A stretch of 64,000 nt of DNA from the NCBI GenBank assembly GCA_964016885.1, contig OZ024762.1, forward strand, positions 5,890,001 through 5,954,000, given 5' to 3'. Made by a program: the position numbers and the translations under genes. Each line of letters starts with the position of its first letter. The first letter of the stretch is position 1. Below, one piece after another: positions 55,671 to 64,000 of this stretch. Below the pieces are notes generated by a model. It was not told the origin of the DNA and searched no databases. It saw only the letters and a list, made by a program, of their open reading frames with translations. This DNA comes from Eledone cirrhosa. Lineage: Eukaryota.

Positions 55671-57852
55671 CGCCTTTGTTATATAGAATGACGGACGTGA
55701 GATAATAAATAACTATTATAGATATAGATAGGTATATATGAGAGTGTGTGTGTAAGCCAAGTACCATAAATATATGAGAGTGTGTGTGTAAGCCAAGTAC
55801 CATAGATATGAGTGTGTGTGTAAGTACCACAGGCTTAACAACTCCTCTTGGTTTTTCCTCTTTCCTGGCGACATACATACATAAGACGTCTGGCAGTAAA
55901 TAGCTTAATGGTGCGAAGAAAGGAGTTAAATAAATAGAATAAAGTCGACCTGGCCATAAAGATCGAGGAAGAAAAAGAAAGACGGAGGTTAATTATTGTT
56001 GATGTCGCCTCCTCCACTTTCCCTTTCTTTCTCATTCTCACATCTATCTCTATGTATCTTTCTCTCACACTCTATCTCCATCTATCTTTCTCTCTGCCTC
56101 TCTAAACATTTATTTTTACCTCCACACTTTGGAGATGTCAAAAACATTACATTTCATCCTTTTTTTTTATTATTATCATCAATTTATTCCCAATATTTCG
56201 ATCTGGCCTTATTTCATTTCATTCGATTTATTTATATATCCTAAAAACATTGCACAGAAATATAAATATCGAACGAAAATTAATTAATTAATCTATTTAT
56301 TTCTCTATGTTTCTCTCTCACTCTTTCCCTTTGTCTCTCTCTCTATATATATATATCATAATTCGATAAAGCATTCAAAGCGACTGTCTATTTATTTTAT
56401 ACATACACTGCATTTGTATACACACGCAGACATGAAAACATACACACACACACACATATATATATATAACTACATATACGTGTGTGTGTGTATGTAGTTA
56501 TGTATATATCATCATCATCACCATTATCATCATTGTGTGTCCATGTTGGCATAGGTTGGACGGGTTGTTACAGAGCTACTGTCCATCTAGATGGGCCGGT
56601 GGTCACATCTAACAAGTTCCAGTTTTGGCATTGTTGCTATGGCTGGATGTCCTTCCTAACACAAACCTCCTTCAAGAGTGTACTGGGTACAATTTGCTGT
56701 AGTAGCAGCACTATGGAGGTTATCATGTCCTCCACATGACTAAAGACTCCTCTCAACCATTTAAGGCATAGTTTCTACAGCTGGATGCTCTTCCTACAGG
56801 CAACCTCCTTCAGGAGTGTACTGGGTACATTTGACTGTAGTAGCAGCACTAGAGAGATTGTCATGATGTTGACAAGACTGAAGAATCTACCTTAGCCTGT
56901 TGTGACATGTCAACCATATCACAACTGTACTGAGTACATTTTAATCGAAGGCAAGCCTGTTTGAGAGTGAGAACAACAGGTAGGTGAAGGTTAAAACTAA
57001 GCTAGATGTGTTGTATGACAAGTGTGTTGGGTTGAAACAGTTGTAAAGGGAAGGGAGATAATTATGTAGGAGATAATAGGAGTGTACTATGATTATTAGA
57101 ATAGTAAAATGCAATGTCATTCATGAATACTAACATTATATAGTAGCATAGCAAGAGTGTGTGCCACCTGGAGCAGCCCTTTCTTGTACTGAAGACCCCT
57201 TCTCCCATGCCCCACCATCACAAAAAATACCACATATTGTTCAGTGACTCCCTCATAAAGTGCCCCCCACATAAAAGTTTTAGCTGGGAGGAGGGTGAAG
57301 CAGACCCCACTCTCTAGCTACGCTACTGACATTACACATCCAAGCAGAGCATACTCACTTCATTTCTTTCTAATCTTTGCAGATCCTCTGCAATCAAGGT
57401 CCGTGCCACTCAGCCACACAAGCATCATACAGCCTATCCTACACCCTACACCCTACACTCCAAAAGAAAAGTCCCTAATTCCCAACAGAAATACTGCTTC
57501 CCTTAACTTGTTCCAACCTGTTCTAACTCTACCTACTATGATTTTTTAAGTACCCCTCCCCCACACACACACTGCAGATTGAGTTACCTAGGTAATAAAA
57601 ATTATCAACAACTTGGTAGAACCATTTAGAAAACATATTTCATGTGTGCCCCTAGTCCTTACTTCTGTGCATCTGAGGTACACAAAGTCTACCTTTTCTT
57701 AGTTACTGATGATGTTGATCTTCTCTTCTTTTCACTCAGAGAGAGGGATTGGCTCAGTACACAGTCTTTCCTCACTTTAAAAAAAATCTTCACGTACAGG
57801 CATTGCACGATAGCATTAATTGATAATTATTAATAATTGTTTCTACTTTCAG

Positions 57853-58230
57853 CCCGCTCTTGTTCATTATAGTCCTCCAAGCCATAACAGAGGAGTTTAA
57901 GACTGGCTGTCCATGGTAACTTCTCTATGCTGACGATCTGGTTCTTATAGCAGAATCAGTAGAGGGGCTAGAGAATAAATTCTGGCTATGGAAACATCAG
58001 TTGGAAGCAAGAGGACTGAGAGTGAACCTAGCTAAGACAAAAGTGTTGATGAGTAGAAAAGAGGACAAAACTCTGATTCCATCAGGGAAATGGCCATGTT
58101 CGATATGCAGAAAAGGAACTGGCATAAATTCTATAAAATGCACACAATGCAGATCCTGGGTACACAAGAGATGTAGCGGGATAGCAGGCAAACTAACAGG
58201 TAGTACCACAACATCCAGTCCAAATAAATG
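57853..58230 (+). mobile_element. RTE LINE RT fragment
   Basis: SPLLFIIVL, LLYADDLVL, GLRVNLAKTKV, CSIC..CTQC..WVHKRC. Confidence 0.85.
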
Positions 58231-58939
58231 AGATCGAGATCGAGATCGTGTAGGTGTCACGACAAAAAAACACAGTCCACGCTGTAATGTGGCCATGTAG
58301 GTAACACGGTAAAAAGTTCCCAGTTCCACACTGTAAATGTGGTTGGTGTTAGGAAGGGCATCCAGCCGTAGAAAACCTGCCAGATAGTCCTATATGAGCG
58401 AGACACGGTCACCCAACCAACTTTGCCTCAAGTGGGACAACTCCCGTCTAACCCATGCTAGCGTGGAAGATGGACGTTAAACGAAGATGATGATGATGAT
58501 GATATATATATAATTAATTAAAAGTTGGTTAGAAGCGAAGTCAATGCAGACAGGCAGGCAGACAGACAGATATTATAAGCGTGCGATGTTATAGCTATGT
58601 ATCTATCTAAAAAGACAGAGTAAGAAAGGGAAAGGAATGTCGTATTATATATATTAATTATATATAATAAAGTACCAGTAATGTATTGGGATAATTGCTG
58701 GCCTTGTGCTAAAAGTAGAAACAATTACACTTCTTTTTATACAACTGTAAATAACATGTTTATGTATGTATATATACGTATAAAGGAATGCTGTAATAAA
58801 ATGTACAAATTAAACTGTCTCTTATTTATGATACTAACAATATATATATACACACTATATATATATATACACACTCTATATATACATATATACACACACA
58901 CACACACACAGATAGTGAAGTCAATGTACAGAATGGTTT

Positions 58940-59252
58940 CATAATGCAGACAGCCAGTCATACAGAGACATATTATAAAGGCGCAACGTTATAGCTATGT
59001 TTCTATCTAAAAAGACAGACTAAGAAAGAGAGGGGAATGTCGTATAACCGGAAGTGTTGACATTTGAAAATTTTAAAGAAGTGAATATTTAAATAAACAA
59101 TAAAATATCTTTAATCTTTTAACGAGATTTAGAAGACAAAAATACCCTCACTTTCTTACTTGGAAAAAGTTACATCTATGGTGTTGTTTGGTCCAGCCGT
59201 TTTGCCAAAAGTTTGTTACATACATACGGCCGTCAGCTTTATTAATATAGAT
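58940..59252 (-). mobile_element. Helitron-like 5' fragment (partial sister copy at ~58545-58670)
   Basis: Minus-strand start TCTATATTAATAAAGCTGA resembles the 5' ends at 46482 and 49237. Confidence 0.5.
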
Positions 59253-59504
59253 TATAAATCCATAGAAACATGTATGTACCATTTGGGAGAATTGCTGAGT
59301 TACTTCCCCTGCTCTATCTATCTGGGAGTAGCTGCAGAATCATGGATACTCTCCACCACCACAGGTTTATGCAAGTTCTGTCTACCAAATTCCACTCACG
59401 TGGTATTAGTCAACATAAACTTATAGTTGTAGACACTTGGCTGAGGTGTTGTGCATTGAGGTTGTGAAGTGAACTCTTTAACAAAACAGCAATACTTACA
59501 CCTA

Positions 59505-60159
59505 TGTATGTATGTATACACCAGTTGGTGCTACTGGTAACATGTATCCCAGTACAACCTGTCTCATGGTCAGGTCGTTGGCGACTAAACTGGCAACCCC
59601 AAGGTTTCTTGGTGAGGAGGGTGACTTTGGACATCCTGCAGGACTAAAAACAAAACCCGTCAAAGGGCAAAGGAGCTCGTAAGAGTCAATGCCCATCCAA
59701 AATCACCGGGAGAAATGACCCCTTAGCCTTTGTCAAGGCAGAATTCTAGGAGAAGGAAAACTCTGATATAACACCTGCAACCCTGATGGTATCCAATGAT
59801 GTTGACTTGTTCTTCTTTTTGGTAAATATCATCTTGGTTAAGAGAGTGGGACTGGCTTTGTGCAGTGACTTTGCTCACTATAAAAGCTTCACGGCACAGG
59901 CATTGCTTTATATCTGGAGATCTCTCTGCACTTGTCATCACATGGTACCATGGGCCCAGCACTATGTGTCAATAATTGTCAGAGGTGTAGTGTTTGTACC
60001 AGAGTTTTCAAGTCGCTGGCTGGACTAAAAAGTCACACTCGTTCAGCGCATCGGTAGGGGTTCTCCTACATGGATATAAAGTAGTGGCCGTACTTGAAAA
60101 CGAGTTGGCAGCCACCATGTATGTATGTATGTATGTACGTATGTATGTATGTATGTATG
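59505..60159 (+). mobile_element. Internally deleted RTE-like element (5' UTR fused to C2H2-finger 3' end, (ATGT)n tail)
   Basis: CSVCTRVFKSLAGLKSHTRSAHR* at 59986-60057; RTE 5'-UTR-like block at 59711-59775. Confidence 0.55.
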
Positions 60160-60726
60160 TTCTTCTGGTTTTATAATTTCACAAAGTTTTACCAATAGAG
60201 AGAGAGTCGGTTTCTAACATAGACACAAGACTCTCTCATTGGAATTTACACAACATCAACTAGGTAGATATGTATGTCTGCATGCATGCATGTGTAGATA
60301 TGGATGTTATTGTATGTGTGGATGTGGATGTTTTGAGTTGTATGTGTGCATGTGTATATGCTTTGTATCTGTACATGTGTATATGCAGTTATTAGATGCA
60401 AAATTTTTGGAATGTTTTACATATTTTTACTGTTCCATTAATGGATTGTACTTGTAGTTTCCTAACTAGTTGTGTTCTTTCTGTTCCTGTGAAGCCCAGC
60501 TTCTCAAGATTTGTATTGAGGCAGTTACTAACATATCCCAGTGCCCCAATAATCACAGGCATAAATCTAAAGGTGTAATCAGAGTGGAGTATCTGCAGAT
60601 TTCTCATCAGTTCTGCATAAATATTCTCCTTTTCACTAATGTTTGATATTATATTGGCATCTGCTGGGCAGCTAATTTCCACTACTGTGCATGTTTTCTT
60701 CTCCCTGTCCCATATCATAATATCAT
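60160..60726 (-). mobile_element. 5'-truncated RLE-type (R4/Dong/NeSL-like) non-LTR retrotransposon
   Basis: DIMIWDREKKTCTVVEISCP...KENIYAEL...FMPVIIGALG = PD-(D/E)xK endonuclease C-terminus plus 3' UTR. Confidence 0.82.
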
Positions 60727-60886
60727 ATGTATGTATGTATGTATGTATGTGTGTATGTATGTATGTATGTATGTATGTATGTATGTATGTATGTATGTAT
60801 GTATGTATGTATGTATGCATGCATGCATGCATGCATGTATGTATGTATGTATGTATGTATGTATGTATGTATGTATGTATGTATGT

Positions 60887-61228
60887 TCTTCTGGTTTTAT
60901 GATTTTATAAATTTTTACCAATAGAGAGAGAGTCGGTTTTTAACATTGGAATTTAAACAACATCAATTAGGTAGATATGTATGCATGTCTACATGCATGT
61001 GTGTGCAAGAATGAATTTTAATGTATGTGTGGATGTGGATGTTTTGAGTTATATGTGTTCATGCGTACATGCAGTTATTATATGCAGAATTTTTTGAATG
61101 TTTTACATATTTTTACTATTCCATTAATGGATTGTACTTGTAATTTCCTAACTAGTCATGTTCTTTCAGTTTCTATGAAGCCCAGCTTCTCAAGACTTGT
61201 ATTGAAGCAGTTACTAACATATCCCAGT
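60887..61228 (-). mobile_element. Second, shorter copy of the same RLE-type element
   Basis: Homologous to ~60160-60545; same 3' junction on (TACA)n. Confidence 0.8.
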
Positions 61229-61379
61229 GTACAACCCAACGAAACTTAACTACCTATATATGTCACTGTTGTAACTAATTATACTTAACTCGTCCTATGG
61301 ACTGAGTGCTCTTACCATTGGATATTTCTACCAAAGTTATACTACAGTATATATATATATGAAAAATTCTGGCTATGGT

Positions 61380-62312
61380 ATAGAATAAATTCCGGCTATG
61401 GAAACAGCAGTTGGAATCAAGAGGACTGAGAGTGAACATAGCTAAGACTAAAGTGTTGATAAGTAGAAAAGAGGACAAAACTCCATCAAGATTCCATCAG
61501 GGAAATGGCCATGTTCAATATGTAGGAAAGGAGATGGCATAAATTCTATAAAATGTATGCAATGCAGATCTTGGGTACACAAGAAATGTTGTGGGATAGC
61601 AGGCAAAACTACGTTTGCAGTAGATGTACAGGGAAAGTTGACAGTAGTAATCGCAGTGATAAACACATGCAAGTAGGTTCTATAGAAGTGGTTGATAGCT
61701 TCCGATACCTAGGTGATTAGATTAGCAAGGAAGGGAGGGGGTGCTCCGAGGCCATAGTACCCAGAATAAGGATGGGTTGGAAGAAGTTTAGGGAGCTGCT
61801 TCCTCTGTTGACAAAGAAGGGTTTCTCCCTATGAATGAAAGGCCAGTTATATGATGCCTGTGTGAGATGCGCGATGCTGCATGGTAGTAGGACATGAGCA
61901 ACGACTGCAGAGGATATACGACGGCTGGAGAGAAATGAAGCAAGCATGCTCTGTTGGATGTGCAATGTCAATGTGCGTGAACGACCAAGAATAGACGAGC
62001 TGAGAGAGAAACTGTGTATAAGAGGGATAAGTTGTAATGTGCGGGAGAGAATGCTGCGTTGGTATGGACATGTGATGTGCATGGAGGATGACCGCTGGGT
62101 AAAGAAGTGCCAAGAAGTCCCAATGGAAGGAAGACACAGTAGAGAAAGACCACGAAAAACATGGGCAGAGGTGGTTATTACAGACCTCAGATCGCTGAAG
62201 CTCACGGAGGAGATGACGAAGGACTGTGACAAATGGAGAGATGCCGTACTTAATAAGACCCGTCCCACCTTCACAAGCAGAGAAAAGCGGACATAAAATG
62301 ATGATGATGATG
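61380..62312 (+). mobile_element. RTE LINE 3' fragment with (GAT)n tail
   Basis: FRYLGD, RMLRWYGHVMCM, RPRKTWAEV, tail GAAAAGCGGACATAAAATGATGATG. Confidence 0.88.
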
Positions 62313-62687
62313 AATGTACACATTGTGTATTTAATAATATACTGTATGTTTATTTTAAAACATTTTCAAGGCCTTTGTTATTGCTGAAGCTAGATGTGTG
62401 ACATTAGTCACTACCTTAAAATTCATTGTGAAAGGCCTTCAAAATGTTTTTAAATAATATATATGCATTAGAGAGGTTACCCAGTACTCCTCGCTGCTGT
62501 CTTTTGCTCTGGTGGTGGCTCGGTTGTCCACCCCTTCCTTTACATTTTCTTTAATATTGCAACATTAAAAGAATATATCCTTCTGAAAGAATTGCGAGCA
62601 ATAATGTTATATAAGCATTTGTAATGTTATGTTTATACTTAAAACATATTTGTTGTTATTCTACTGTTAATTTATTTATATGCTTTG

Positions 62688-62726
<39 letters not shown>

Positions 62727-63315
62727 TGTTCCATATCTCTTTCTATTATCTCTGTCAGAACACCTCGCTACTCCTACATACACATACATATATACATATA
62801 TACATATATACATACATATATACATACATACATATACGCACACATACATATCTACCTACATACATGTACATATATACATACATATATACATACGCACATA
62901 CATACATATATACGTACATACACACATACATACGCACATACACACACACATACACATATACATACAAACATACATACATACACACATACACACATACATC
63001 ACACTTATGAATTACTGAAACGTGTTAGCATGTCTATGTATAGTGAAAAACAGAGTGAATGGAGATGGGGTGGGGTAAGAAGGGGGTGGTTGACGAGGAG
63101 GGGGAAGAAGAAGAAGAAGAAGAAGAAGAAGAAGAAGGGGATGGCCAGCCGAGGTCTGTGATATCAATCTGTGTGTCATACAATTGAACAAACGAGAAAG
63201 TTAGTTCGTGGCAAGTCCACGCGTCCAGGTTTTGGACAGATCGATAAGAAAGACAGCGTGAAAGTAGATCAAATTGTTTGAATAGGTTTGTCAGCTGATG
63301 TAGACAGCTGGTGCT

Positions 63316-63323
63316 TGACGTCA
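63316..63323. promoter_or_regulatory. Palindromic CRE/ATF site TGACGTCA ~260 bp upstream of the F-box ATG
   Basis: Exact consensus in unique, CpG-containing sequence; function unproven. Confidence 0.25.
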
Positions 63324-63578
63324 GAGCTTCAATGAATTGAGCTTCCAACTTTCCATTCAGTCAGATCTTGTGTAGGCGTTTGTCCAGTTTTATGAATGAA
63401 ATTTTTTTCCTTACTACGCCAGACACATATAGTAATGGCTTGATGCTGCTGAAAAGAAAGAAGAAGAAAATCTGGATTGGACTAGATAGGACTGGACTGG
63501 TCAAAAGAAAAAGAAGAAAAAAAAGAAGAGAAAAGAAAGGGAAAGGGAGAGAAAAAGAATATATCACCAACTTCAGCA

Positions 63579-64000
63579 ATGAGTGAAGTTATAAACATCG
63601 CTGAAGATGATAAAAGTTGTGGAGAAAGTAATTCTCAGTTAGAGAGCCAGATGAGAAGTTGTGAAAGGTGTTATATCAATGAGTTACCTGGTGAGCTGAT
63701 AGCAAGGATTTTCCAGTATTTCCATCCCGTAGAAGACCAGTTGTCACTTCTGGCGTTTGTTTGTTGTAAGTGGAGAGACGTATTGGAACACACCGCCACA
63801 CTTTGGCGCAACTTACACATCAACCCAACACGTTATAGTTACCGGCATTTCAGCCTTGTGTGTTCTATATTCCGTGTCTATGGACATCATATACAAAAGC
63901 TGACATGGAGGGAACAGTCACCGGTTTACGAGAGTGTATTCTCTCTCATTCCTCGCTTGACAAATCTGCGCTATCTTCGCTTACCAATTTTGTGGACCAA
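63579..64000 (+). CDS. F-box domain protein, probably F-box/LRR-repeat; 3' incomplete at window edge
   Basis: ATG at 63579 after an in-frame upstream TAG; MSEVINIAEDD...YINELPGELIARIFQYFHPVEDQLSLLAFVCCKWRDVLEHTATLWRNLHI... is an F-box consensus (LPxEL...IF...VCxxW...LW), followed by LRR-like LIPRLTNLRYLRLP; open to the window end, so absent from the ORF track. Confidence 0.88.
   Translation, partial: MSEVINIAEDDKSCGESNSQLESQMRSCERCYINELPGELIARIFQYFHPVEDQLSLLAFVCCKWRDVLEHTATLWRNLHINPTRYSYRHFSLVCSIFRVYGHHIQKLTWREQSPVYESVFSLIPRLTNLRYLRLPILWT

Noticed and set aside
59047-59056. ETS motif CCGGAAGT as a shared bidirectional promoter
   Set aside because: It lies inside a Helitron-like repeat fragment, more than 3 kb from either start codon.

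Overview
Repeat-rich, AT-rich eukaryotic (metazoan) genomic DNA. The SINE/RTE repertoire, (TA)n density and TTAGGG repeat suggest a coleoid cephalopod, probably Octopus (inference). Most supplied ORFs are simple-repeat artefacts. Two real genes are supported: (1) a complete 11-exon minus-strand TMEM8/PGAP6-family gene (55670->26839, 828 aa by my splicing, all introns GT-AG and phase-consistent); (2) the 5' part of a plus-strand F-box (probably F-box/LRR) gene from 63579, running off the window. The rest is decayed transposons (RTE, CR1-like, Ingi-like, CRE-like and R4/Dong-like LINEs, Penelope-like elements, mariner, MITEs, Helitrons, tRNA-SINEs) and about a dozen minisatellite arrays, several grown out of transposon segments. 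The most interesting signal is a family of short, non-coding, (TA)n-embedded elements carrying minimal type I hammerhead ribozymes inside the introns of the TMEM8 gene. One is a perfect 171-bp-arm palindrome with a hammerhead on each strand. All structures were assigned by eye; no database searches or folding programs were run.
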